Source: Bacteroidia bacterium (lineage in GTDB: Bacteria > Bacteroidota > Bacteroidia > AKYH767-A > OLB10). Taken from it: 64,000 nucleotides of DNA. The notes under the pieces are model-generated. The model saw nothing but the letters and a program-made list of their open reading frames with translations. It was not told where the DNA came from and searched no databases. The position numbers and the translations under genes were made by a program. The stretch is from the NCBI GenBank assembly GCA_038320345.1, contig JBBQED010000015.1, positions 6,447 to 70,446 on the forward strand, written 5' to 3'. How positions within the stretch are numbered: position 1 is the stretch's first letter; each line of letters begins with the position of its first letter. Shown here in pieces: positions 9,091 to 18,012 of the stretch.

Positions 9091-9609
9091 TCAAATTCCC
9101 ATCTTCACACTCAAATCTCCATGTCCTTTCAAGAAGCAGCTGTCGTTGCTGACAATCATATAGTAGATCCTGAATAAGGAATCGCTATGAACAGAATAAT
9201 TGCTGAGATCTACAAATAGAGTAGGATCCACTATACTGTCTGAAGTGATTAACGTTTTCCAATTGTAATCCAATATTCTAATTTTCATGCGATAGCCTGA
9301 TGGCTTTGATGATGATATAGAAAAGATGCGGGATGATGAAGGGTTTGGGTATGCAGGATAAATAATTACTCCTGGGTTTAAGTTAGTAACATCTACAAAT
9401 TTGGCGTAATCGTTATAAAGATCTTTTTCTCTATTAGTCCAATTTACATCATCAGTCCAGTCGGAACTATCAATTGTCCCCAAAAAATTTCCGGTTACAT
9501 CGGTCATGGTATAGCCAGTAAATTTTTCCGGAGTAGTGCTCCCGTCTTTACTACAAGATACAATGGTTAATAAACATAAATAGAGGTATAACTTCTTGTA
9601 TTTCACCAC
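9091..9609 (-). CDS. Hypothetical lipoprotein
   Basis: Lipoprotein signal (LCLLTIVSCSKDG). No recognisable domain. Confidence 0.45.
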   Translation of the reverse strand: MVKYKKLYLYLCLLTIVSCSKDGSTTPEKFTGYTMTDVTGNFLGTIDSSDWTDDVNWTNREKDLYNDYAKFVDVTNLNPGVIIYPAYPNPSSSRIFSISSSKPSGYRMKIRILDYNWKTLITSDSIVDPTLFVDLSNYSVHSDSLFRIYYMIVSNDSCFLKGHGDLSVKMGI

Positions 9610-9759
9610 CCTTAATTTTTTATAAAAGTATCAAATTATTGTAATTGTAAAATAATTCCAAAACGTAGATCTTGCTTTCTGGACTTATTTCCTTTTATCT
9701 CACTCGTTTTGCCTCTTGTTCATTTGGTTATTACTATTTTAGCGCCATAATTTACTGCT

Positions 9760-11700
9760 GTGCAAAAGCATCAGGGTATGAGCCGGGTCACCGCCGCCGG
9801 TTTGCTGATTACCTTAGGAATCATTTACGGTGATATCGGAACATCTCCGCTTTATGTAATGAAAGCAATTGTTGGTAGTGGACCTATCAACGACACTGTG
9901 GTTATAGGAGGGATTTCCTGTATTTTCTGGACCCTTACCCTGCAAACTACTATCAAGTATGTGTTTCTTACGCTTCGTGCAGATAATAAAGGAGAAGGAG
10001 GAATATTTTCACTCTATGCGTTAGTTCGTCGCCGTAAAACGCCATGGTTGGTTTTTCCTGCCATGATTGGAGGAAGTACATTATTGGCGGATGGTATTAT
10101 TACCCCACCAATTTCAGTTTCATCTGCAATTGAAGGACTTCAAGCTATACGACCAGATATTCCAACAATTCCCATCGTCATTGGAATCATTACGGGTATG
10201 TTTATTATTCAGCGATTCGGAACCAATTTCGTAGGCAAATTTTTTGGTCCTATGATGTTGATTTGGTTTTCAATGCTAGGCATTCTTGGTTTGATGAATA
10301 TGACTGGTAATTTTCATATTCTAGCAGCTTTAAATCCACTTTACGCTCTTGATCTGTTAGTGAATTATCCAGATGGATTTTGGATTCTTGGCGCAGTATT
10401 TCTTTGTACTACAGGAGCAGAAGCTTTGTATAGCGATCTCGGTCATTGCGGTCGACAAAATATTCGTGTGAGTTGGATCTTTGTGAAAACTACCTTGGTG
10501 CTAAATTATTTTGGGCAAGGCGCATGGTTGATCAATCATGATGGTCAACATTTAGTGGGAAGAAATCCTTTCTTTGAATTAATGACGCCTTGGTTTTTGC
10601 CGATAGGAATTGGCGTTGCAACGGTAGCCGCTGTAATTGCAAGTCAGGCACTCATTAGTGGTTCATTCACTTTAATCAACGAAGCTATCCGGTTAAATTT
10701 CTGGCCTAAAGTGAAAGTAGTTTACCCAACTGATTTTCGTGGTCAGATATATATTCCATCGGTGAACTGGTTGTTGTACTTTGGATGTATCGGTATCGTT
10801 TTACATTTTAAAGAATCGAGTGGGATGGAGGCTGCTTATGGTTTGGCGATTGTTCTGACCATGCTCATGACCACATTATTGCTGACGTATTATTTGTATC
10901 TCTATAAATTTCCAACCATTGTTGTAGTGTTGGTATTGATGGTGTACTCAACTATTGAATTTGCTTTTTTAGTGGCGAATTTGAGTAAGTTTTCACATGG
11001 AGGATGGGTAACACTTCTCGTAGCTACGGGGCTTGTTACGGTAATGATGGTTTTGTACTATAGTAGGAAAATCAGAAACAGATTGGTGGAATTTGTGCAT
11101 CTGGATGATTATTTACCACTGATAAATTCCTTGAGTAGCGATAAATCAATTCCTAAATACGCTACTAACTTGGTGTACTTAACAAGTGCAAATAATAGTA
11201 ATGAAATTGAAGAGATAGTAATGTTTTCGATTTTGCAGAAATCACCAAAGCGTGCCGATATTTATTGGTTTGTTCACGTTGATGTATTGGATGAACCTTA
11301 TACATTGGAATATAAAGTACGTCATCTTCAAGATAATAAAGTTATTCGAATCGATTTTCGGGTAGGATTTAGGATTGATCCTCGTGTAAATTTAATGTTC
11401 CGTCAAGTGGTTACGGATATGGTAAAGAATAACGAGATCGATATCAGTAGTCGCTATCCTTCCTTGCATAAAAGAGCATTAGTGGGAGATTTCCGTTTTG
11501 TTGTGATGGAGAAATTCCTGAGCCTCGATAATGAACTGCCATGGATTCAAAAGATCATCATGGATATTTATTTCTTGTTGAAGAAAGTTTCGTTGCCTGA
11601 AGAACGCGCTTTTGGTTTGGATACTAGCTCGGTTACCGTTGAAAAAGTTCCGTTGATTGTACAGCCTGTAGAAGGATTGAAACTGAAACGGATTATATGA
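9760..11700 (+). CDS. kup: KUP/HAK/KT potassium uptake transporter
   Basis: The GDIGTSPLY motif is present, with 12 TM helices and a ~200-aa C-terminal cytoplasmic domain. 646 aa. Confidence 0.9.
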   Translation: MQKHQGMSRVTAAGLLITLGIIYGDIGTSPLYVMKAIVGSGPINDTVVIGGISCIFWTLTLQTTIKYVFLTLRADNKGEGGIFSLYALVRRRKTPWLVFPAMIGGSTLLADGIITPPISVSSAIEGLQAIRPDIPTIPIVIGIITGMFIIQRFGTNFVGKFFGPMMLIWFSMLGILGLMNMTGNFHILAALNPLYALDLLVNYPDGFWILGAVFLCTTGAEALYSDLGHCGRQNIRVSWIFVKTTLVLNYFGQGAWLINHDGQHLVGRNPFFELMTPWFLPIGIGVATVAAVIASQALISGSFTLINEAIRLNFWPKVKVVYPTDFRGQIYIPSVNWLLYFGCIGIVLHFKESSGMEAAYGLAIVLTMLMTTLLLTYYLYLYKFPTIVVVLVLMVYSTIEFAFLVANLSKFSHGGWVTLLVATGLVTVMMVLYYSRKIRNRLVEFVHLDDYLPLINSLSSDKSIPKYATNLVYLTSANNSNEIEEIVMFSILQKSPKRADIYWFVHVDVLDEPYTLEYKVRHLQDNKVIRIDFRVGFRIDPRVNLMFRQVVTDMVKNNEIDISSRYPSLHKRALVGDFRFVVMEKFLSLDNELPWIQKIIMDIYFLLKKVSLPEERAFGLDTSSVTVEKVPLIVQPVEGLKLKRII

Positions 11701-12064
11701 TTTTTTTGAGGCGATGAAGTCACAAGGGCTTCTCTTTCAAATTAGCTCCATGTATACTTTTTTCCGGCGAATAGTCGCCTACCTCTGTAGGCTACTTGGC
11801 ATTTGTAGTGCTTAAAGGCCGGCAATCTCCCCAAATCTAACTTTCCCCCGATTTTCCTAAAAACTACTTTTTTCCCATAAATCTTACAAAATCTATCGTT
11901 TTTTCTCTAAGACCCCCTAAAAAATAGGGGGGTGTTTAAAAATAAATGCCTTTTTTCTTGATTTACCCCTAAAAATACCAATACCTTTGCCGCCGATCGG
12001 TAATTTTATCCCGATTGAAGTAACTAAAACTGAGTCCTACCGTTTAAAACAAAAAAATAATCCA

Positions 12065-14257
12065 ATGGCAATTCTGCGTTTCAAAGCGCTCGAGAAGAGT
12101 AGCAATCGTTCTCCGGTAATGGTAAATCCATCTTCTACCAAAGCATCAGACTATTACGGAATGAATGTGTTCGACAAAGAAAAGATGCATAAGTATCTTT
12201 CTAAAGAAGTTTTCAAACAAGTAATAGAAGCTACTACTACAGGTGTTAAAATTGACCGTAAAGTTGCCGAACTCGTTGCAGCGGCAATGAAAAATTGGGC
12301 GGTGAGCATGGGTGCTACACATTACACGCACTGGTTCCAGCCTCTAACGGGTACCACTGCCGAAAAGCATGATGCTTTTTTTGAATTGAGTGATGATCAA
12401 CGTGCCATTGAAGCGTTTAGTAGTAGTGCATTGGTTCAGCAAGAACCTGATGCTTCTTCTTTTCCAAATGGAGGAATTAGAAATACGTTCGAAGCAAGAG
12501 GATATACAGCTTGGGATCCTAGTTCTCCTGCTTTTATCATGGAAGGATCAGGTGGTAAAACATTATGTATCCCAACCATTTTCGTTTCCTATACCGGTGA
12601 AACGCTGGACTTCAAAGCTCCATTGCTGAAAGCATTGCATGCATTGAATCAAGCTGCAATTCCTGTTTGCCAGTATTTCGATAAAAATGTAACGCATGTT
12701 TGGTCAACTTTAGGAATTGAACAAGAATATTTTTTAGTGGATATCGATTTGTATAATGCTCGTCCCGATTTGGAAATGACCGGCCGAACGCTCTTCGGTG
12801 CTCATGCTGCTAAAGGTCAGCAATTGGATGATCATTATTTCGGTTCTATCCCAGCACGTGCTCTTGCATTCATGATTGATCTTGAAATTGAATCATTGAA
12901 GTTGGGGATTCCTCTGAAAACTCGTCATAACGAAGTGGCTCCTTCTCAGTTTGAATGTGCTCCTGTTTTTGAAGATATCAATTTAGCCGTTGACCATAAT
13001 TCATTGTTGATGGATCTCATGGAAAAAATTGCTCGTCGTCATAACTTCAAAGTATTGCTTCATGAAAAACCTTATGCAGGAATCAATGGTTCCGGTAAGC
13101 ATAATAATTGGAGCATGTCAACCAATACCGGCAAGAATTTATTGTCGCCAGGAAATTCTCCTAAGAGTAATCTTTGGTTCCTTACTTTCTTTGTGAATAC
13201 GATTCGTGCAGTTTTTGAACATGCTGATTTGATGCGTGCATCTATTGCATCAGCCAGTAATGATCATCGCCTTGGTGCTAACGAAGCTCCTCCTGCAATT
13301 ATGTCCATCTTCCTTGGCGAACAGTTGAGTGCTGTGTTGGATGAGATTGAAAAATCAGTGAAGGATAAAAAAATGACTCCTGAAGAGAAAACAGCATTAA
13401 AACTGAATATCGGAAAGATCCCTGAAATCCTGTTAGATAATACTGATCGTAATCGTACTTCTCCTTTTGCTTTTACCGGCAATAAATTTGAATTCCGTGC
13501 CGTAGGCTCTTCAGCAAATTGTGGTCATGCGATGACTACTTTAAATACTATCGTTGCGGATCAATTGAAAAAATTCCATGCAGAAGTAGAAAGCTTAGCA
13601 AAAAAAGGAATGAAAACTGATGAAGCGATTTTGAAAGTGTTGCGTAAATATATCGTTGAGTCAAAAGCTATTCGATTTGAAGGAAATGGTTATAGTGAGG
13701 AGTGGAAAAAAGAAGCTAAGAAACGTGGTCTGAATAATATTACTACTACACCAACAGCTCTCGATGCATTCGTTTCTAAGAAAACATTGGGAGTATTTGA
13801 AGACAATAATATTTTTACACACCGCGAACTCGAAGCACGTCATGAAATCATGCTGGAGACCTACATTAAGAAGATTCAGATTGAATCACGGGTGATGGCA
13901 AATATCGCTATCAATCATATTATTCCTGCTGCTATTCGTTATCAAACTTTACTGGTAGAAAACGTAGAAGGAATTAAAGATATAGGTCTACCAAAAGAAA
14001 CGTACAGTGCTCAAGTGGAACTCATCAAAGAAATCTCTTCTCATATCGTGGTGATTAAGAAAGAATCTGATGCCATGGTGGAAGCTCGTAAAGCTGCCAA
14101 TAATATTGAAGATATCCGTGCTCGTGCTATCGCCTATTGTGAAAAAGTAAAATCACATTTTGAAGATATCCGCTATCACGTTGACAAACTAGAGCTGATT
14201 GTAGACGATGAAAACTGGCCGCTCCCAAAATATCGTGAACTGGTTGCGATCCGTTAA
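12065..14257 (+). CDS. glnN: Glutamine synthetase type III
   Basis: About 730 aa of GSIII-type sequence. The likely true start is ATG 12065 (MAILRFKALEK...). The ORF-track start at 11987 adds 26 residues that are not conserved. Confidence 0.9.
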   Translation: MAILRFKALEKSSNRSPVMVNPSSTKASDYYGMNVFDKEKMHKYLSKEVFKQVIEATTTGVKIDRKVAELVAAAMKNWAVSMGATHYTHWFQPLTGTTAEKHDAFFELSDDQRAIEAFSSSALVQQEPDASSFPNGGIRNTFEARGYTAWDPSSPAFIMEGSGGKTLCIPTIFVSYTGETLDFKAPLLKALHALNQAAIPVCQYFDKNVTHVWSTLGIEQEYFLVDIDLYNARPDLEMTGRTLFGAHAAKGQQLDDHYFGSIPARALAFMIDLEIESLKLGIPLKTRHNEVAPSQFECAPVFEDINLAVDHNSLLMDLMEKIARRHNFKVLLHEKPYAGINGSGKHNNWSMSTNTGKNLLSPGNSPKSNLWFLTFFVNTIRAVFEHADLMRASIASASNDHRLGANEAPPAIMSIFLGEQLSAVLDEIEKSVKDKKMTPEEKTALKLNIGKIPEILLDNTDRNRTSPFAFTGNKFEFRAVGSSANCGHAMTTLNTIVADQLKKFHAEVESLAKKGMKTDEAILKVLRKYIVESKAIRFEGNGYSEEWKKEAKKRGLNNITTTPTALDAFVSKKTLGVFEDNNIFTHRELEARHEIMLETYIKKIQIESRVMANIAINHIIPAAIRYQTLLVENVEGIKDIGLPKETYSAQVELIKEISSHIVVIKKESDAMVEARKAANNIEDIRARAIAYCEKVKSHFEDIRYHVDKLELIVDDENWPLPKYRELVAIR

Positions 14258-14280
14258 GTAAAGATAAATTTTGTGGTTAA

Positions 14281-14307
14281 GGCTCATCGAAAGATGGGCC
14301 TTTTTTT
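14281..14307 (+). terminator. Rho-independent terminator after glnN, possibly bidirectional
   Basis: GGCTCATC-GAAA-GATGGGCC forms an 8-bp stem with one G-U pair, followed by TTTTTTT. Confidence 0.6.
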
Positions 14308-14348
14308 ATGATGATGAGGAACTGAAATAAAATGCAAACGCCTTCATT

Positions 14349-15548
14349 TCAGAGTATCGATTTTGATAAGCCACGGAATACAATTGCTTGGAGAATCTGA
14401 AGTAGGGCGTTAAAGAGTAAAACTGTGGATAATGATTGCGTAGAAAAAATATAGGGCAAACAAAGAATATTGATTACGATCACACTACTATTGATCAATA
14501 AAACTTTTTTCTCCTCATTGATTTTATAAAGGGCATAGATGTAAGGGATCGAATAAAAGAAGGGAAGGATAAAAAAGAATCCATAAATCATCATGGTATA
14601 ATCACCTTCAAAATGATAGCAATAATGCATCAATACTGATCCGAACAAAATCATTATCGGAGTTAAAATACTGCCTGCAATTAATAAGTTTAGGGCTACT
14701 TTAGATATTGTTTCATCACTCATTCTGTAAAGGTTCTGCAAATAAGGCTGAACGATAAAGTAAGCCACCGACTGTCCCATTAAAAGAATACTCATCATGA
14801 TCTGATAAAAAGCAAGTTGACTCGCAGGCAGAAAATGAGTTGCAATCAGTTGATCAGTTCTTGAATGAAGTAACCCCGTGAATCCAATTAAGAAAAAGGG
14901 TGCTGCTAATTTTAATTGTGTAAAGTCGAGGCCAATGCTAATCGATAACGGAAAGTCATTGCGTTGAATCAATCCCATCAGTACTGTTTTAATCACTTCA
15001 GCGAGAGTAAAGATTTTGATCAGCATCAAAGTGGATAGTGATGTTTTCCAGAGTCCAATAGCAGCGATCAGAAAGATTCCGCCTGCTATTTCAGCTATGA
15101 TAGTATAGTGAAACTTTCGTCTAAATATAATGGCTGGTTCGAATGATTGATAAATAAATCTGAAAATAATCCATCCTAAAATCCATACTCCATGAATAAG
15201 GGATATAGGAGCAAGGACTAAGATCATAGCAAGAAGAAAGAGAAAAGGTGTTCTCGATTTTATAGAAGATTGCCAATGAATAACTGCTGCTGATGGATCT
15301 AATGAAAAGTTTCTAAGTAGCAGATCTTTTGAACCAAAAACCATCAGGTGTGCCGCAAGATTCATCCATAAAAATTCCTGAATGAAATCACCCCAAAGGA
15401 TCGCTCCATACAACCGCACCACTAATAATGAAACTAAAAGACTAATCACTGGTGTTAATCCTGCACTTACTCCCGTCATCAGGATAGGTAGCAGGCGTTT
15501 CCACTGCTTAGATTCCGTAAAGTTCCCTGTACTGTTTAACTGTTTCAT
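14349..15548 (-). CDS. Wzx-like oligosaccharide flippase / polysaccharide biosynthesis family membrane protein
   Basis: 399 aa polytopic membrane protein with flippase-like topology. It overlaps the downstream GT1 gene. Confidence 0.55.
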   Translation of the reverse strand: MKQLNSTGNFTESKQWKRLLPILMTGVSAGLTPVISLLVSLLVVRLYGAILWGDFIQEFLWMNLAAHLMVFGSKDLLLRNFSLDPSAAVIHWQSSIKSRTPFLFLLAMILVLAPISLIHGVWILGWIIFRFIYQSFEPAIIFRRKFHYTIIAEIAGGIFLIAAIGLWKTSLSTLMLIKIFTLAEVIKTVLMGLIQRNDFPLSISIGLDFTQLKLAAPFFLIGFTGLLHSRTDQLIATHFLPASQLAFYQIMMSILLMGQSVAYFIVQPYLQNLYRMSDETISKVALNLLIAGSILTPIMILFGSVLMHYCYHFEGDYTMMIYGFFFILPFFYSIPYIYALYKINEEKKVLLINSSVIVINILCLPYIFSTQSLSTVLLFNALLQILQAIVFRGLSKSIL

Positions 15549-16581
15549 GGATCAATGGTACTGGAGTCGGCACAAAATGGATCGGTTGGCTTAACAGCGA
15601 AGTTATGCGGATTTTCATCTCAGCAAGATCACTACAAGGATAAATCATATCTTTTACAGGATGAAAACCTACCTTAAAACAGACTGTTGGAATTCCTGCG
15701 TAGCCGGCTTCCAAGATAGCATGTGAAGAGGCTTCATAACGGCTAGTATGTACGAAGATTTTACTCTGGTGAAAGAGTTTTAAAATGGTATTATTGGGAA
15801 TGGCTCCTAATAATGATATGGTAGTAATAAGTCCTTCTTCAGCAATTTGCTGCTGTAGTTTTTTTCGCAGAGGTCCATCACCCGCCATTGCAACTTTCAG
15901 TTGAGGAAAATCTTTTTTAAGGTCTTTAACTAATTCTATAAAAAGATGATATCGTTTTAATTCAGTAAATGAGCCTGCGGTTACTAAATCATACTGCGTT
16001 GTGGAAGTGGTTAGCTGTTCATATTGCTCTGGATTAATGCCTAATGGAATGACCATTACGGGTAACTTGGATTGGAAATGTACCGTTAATTGATCAGCAG
16101 AAAATTGGGAATTGGCAACAATTTGGAGCTTCTCTTTTTTCATTAGTTTAAGATAATGATTGCTCGAGAGTGCATCCTGTCCTAAAATACTTGCAATATG
16201 GGTTAAGTTATATCGCGATGCAAATTGCTGTCCTAAATAAGCGGTAGCAGTTAACCATAAACTATGGATTACAATTTCAGGATGTTGTTTTCGGATTGCA
16301 GCAAAGACTTTCTTTATCTTTAAAAAAGTGAAAATTCTAAAAATACCTCTTTTGTTTTTTCCTCCTGCACTGTACACGTTAATGCCTTTCCATTGATACC
16401 AGCCTTTTTCAAAAGGATATTGAAAACTGAGCACCGTAATGCGTTGAGGACCGATTTCTTTAGCCAATGCTTGAATATAACCCTGTACAGAGGGCAAGCA
16501 ATTAAAATCTAATTCATCCTCGGGAAATCCTGGAGTTAGAATGATGAGATGCTTATCGGATTCTGTAAAGTTCCCAGCCAT
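15508..16581 (-). CDS. Glycosyltransferase family 1 (GT4-type, retaining)
   Basis: GT-B fold with the C-terminal EASSHAILEAGYAGIPTV motif (E-x7-E region). Confidence 0.8.
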   Translation of the reverse strand: MAGNFTESDKHLIILTPGFPEDELDFNCLPSVQGYIQALAKEIGPQRITVLSFQYPFEKGWYQWKGINVYSAGGKNKRGIFRIFTFLKIKKVFAAIRKQHPEIVIHSLWLTATAYLGQQFASRYNLTHIASILGQDALSSNHYLKLMKKEKLQIVANSQFSADQLTVHFQSKLPVMVIPLGINPEQYEQLTTSTTQYDLVTAGSFTELKRYHLFIELVKDLKKDFPQLKVAMAGDGPLRKKLQQQIAEEGLITTISLLGAIPNNTILKLFHQSKIFVHTSRYEASSHAILEAGYAGIPTVCFKVGFHPVKDMIYPCSDLAEMKIRITSLLSQPIHFVPTPVPLIHETVKQYRELYGI

Positions 16582-17974
16582 TCGGGAGTGATTTTAATGA
16601 AATTAACCTTCCTTCCACTCTGAGTTTGCGGTAAATTTTTCCGGGCGGAGTATCTTTATATTGTCGATTGAAACGATTCGGATTGTAAAGGAATAAACTT
16701 TCACTTTCCATGATGGCATCTGGATTATTCCAGATATTCACAATCTCCTGCTGTACGGAATAAGTATGTAATGCACCATCAATAGAAAAGGTGTACAAAG
16801 TTCTATTGGGTTGATGTTTGAGTTCTGACGCAACAATATATTCTTCTTGTTGATATTGATAAAAAGGTCGGATAGCCCTATACGTTAGTCCCATCTGAAT
16901 TCCGAAAATAACCGTGAGGATGATAAGTTTACTGGTTCTGTTTTTGATGTAACTAGAAGCAACTTCAAAGCCGGGATAAAGGAACAGTAGTAATAAGGGT
17001 AACCCCGGTAGTAAGAAGCGCATATTCTGAAATGGAATTCCAGCCAAATACACTAAGAATAAAATTAAGGATACAATCCACCATTTCGGAACAGGACTTT
17101 TTCGCTTGAAGGAGAAAAATAATAAGAGTCCTGCCGGGAAACAGAACCCAGGATGAAAAATCAATGCTAATACATACAATATGTTCGGAAACGTATAGGA
17201 GAATGCGCCTTCTTGTGTATTAAATGAAAACTGAAACAGGTAAAGTAGGGACCAATTTTTTACCCATGGATGATGCAAAAACGCAAAATTTTCCTGCGCT
17301 CTAAGAAAGAAGGAAGGACTGAATGTAAAGATCCCAATGGCAGCGGCAATCAGTAAGAGCGAAAATTGTTTTTTAAGGAATGGTATGCACGCTGGTATTA
17401 GAGGTAAGAGAAAAACTCCCGCAATATATCGAGTCTGAATCGCCATTATTCCTGCAAATACTGCTAATAATAAAGCCGGTCCTTCTTGCTTACGATCGAA
17501 AATTAGTAAATAGTAAAAGAATATTGAAAGAAATGCGCAGCATAACATATCGGACATTCCAGTAATGGCTGCTCTAATAAAAAATGGAGAACAGAAGAGT
17601 AGAAAGATGGCATAGCGTTGCCTTTGTGTTCCTTCGGGATAAAGTAATTTTAGCGTCTTACAAAAGAAAATAAAACATACCGCTGCTGAAATTAAACTGA
17701 CAAATTGCAAGGATAAAATATCAGGTACTAGGAACGATACAAATGCTGTGATCACGGGATATCCTACCGGCCAGAAAAATGAGCCGGGTTCTGTTCCTCC
17801 AGTTAGAAAAGAAGCAATTGCTTTTGAATACCGTAAATATTCATGGCTGTCCTGCCCATATAATCCATTGAAACCTGTCAAGCGGCAGATGATCCAAATT
17901 AAGGGGATCATCAGGATTACCGGAAGCCAGTAAAAGCGCCAAGTAGATCGGTCTTTAAGGTTAGGATCTTCCAT
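16553..17974 (-). CDS. GT-C-like polytopic membrane glycosyltransferase of the PMT/ArnT (GT39/GT83) type
   Basis: 473 aa with more than 10 TM helices, an N-terminal loop typical of undecaprenyl-phosphate-sugar-dependent transferases and a C-terminal soluble tail. Confidence 0.5.
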   Translation of the reverse strand: MEDPNLKDRSTWRFYWLPVILMIPLIWIICRLTGFNGLYGQDSHEYLRYSKAIASFLTGGTEPGSFFWPVGYPVITAFVSFLVPDILSLQFVSLISAAVCFIFFCKTLKLLYPEGTQRQRYAIFLLFCSPFFIRAAITGMSDMLCCAFLSIFFYYLLIFDRKQEGPALLLAVFAGIMAIQTRYIAGVFLLPLIPACIPFLKKQFSLLLIAAAIGIFTFSPSFFLRAQENFAFLHHPWVKNWSLLYLFQFSFNTQEGAFSYTFPNILYVLALIFHPGFCFPAGLLLFFSFKRKSPVPKWWIVSLILFLVYLAGIPFQNMRFLLPGLPLLLLFLYPGFEVASSYIKNRTSKLIILTVIFGIQMGLTYRAIRPFYQYQQEEYIVASELKHQPNRTLYTFSIDGALHTYSVQQEIVNIWNNPDAIMESESLFLYNPNRFNRQYKDTPPGKIYRKLRVEGRLISLKSLPNGWELYRIR

Positions 17975-18012
17975 TGAGTAGGTGAATTTAGTTAACCTAT
18001 CTACATAAACCG

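Noticed and set aside
11987-12064. The upstream extension of glnN to ATG 11987
   Set aside because: The added 26 residues (MPPIGNFIPIEVTKTESYRLKQKNNP) are not GSIII-like. The conserved N-terminus begins at MAILRFKALE, so the internal start at 12065 is preferred.
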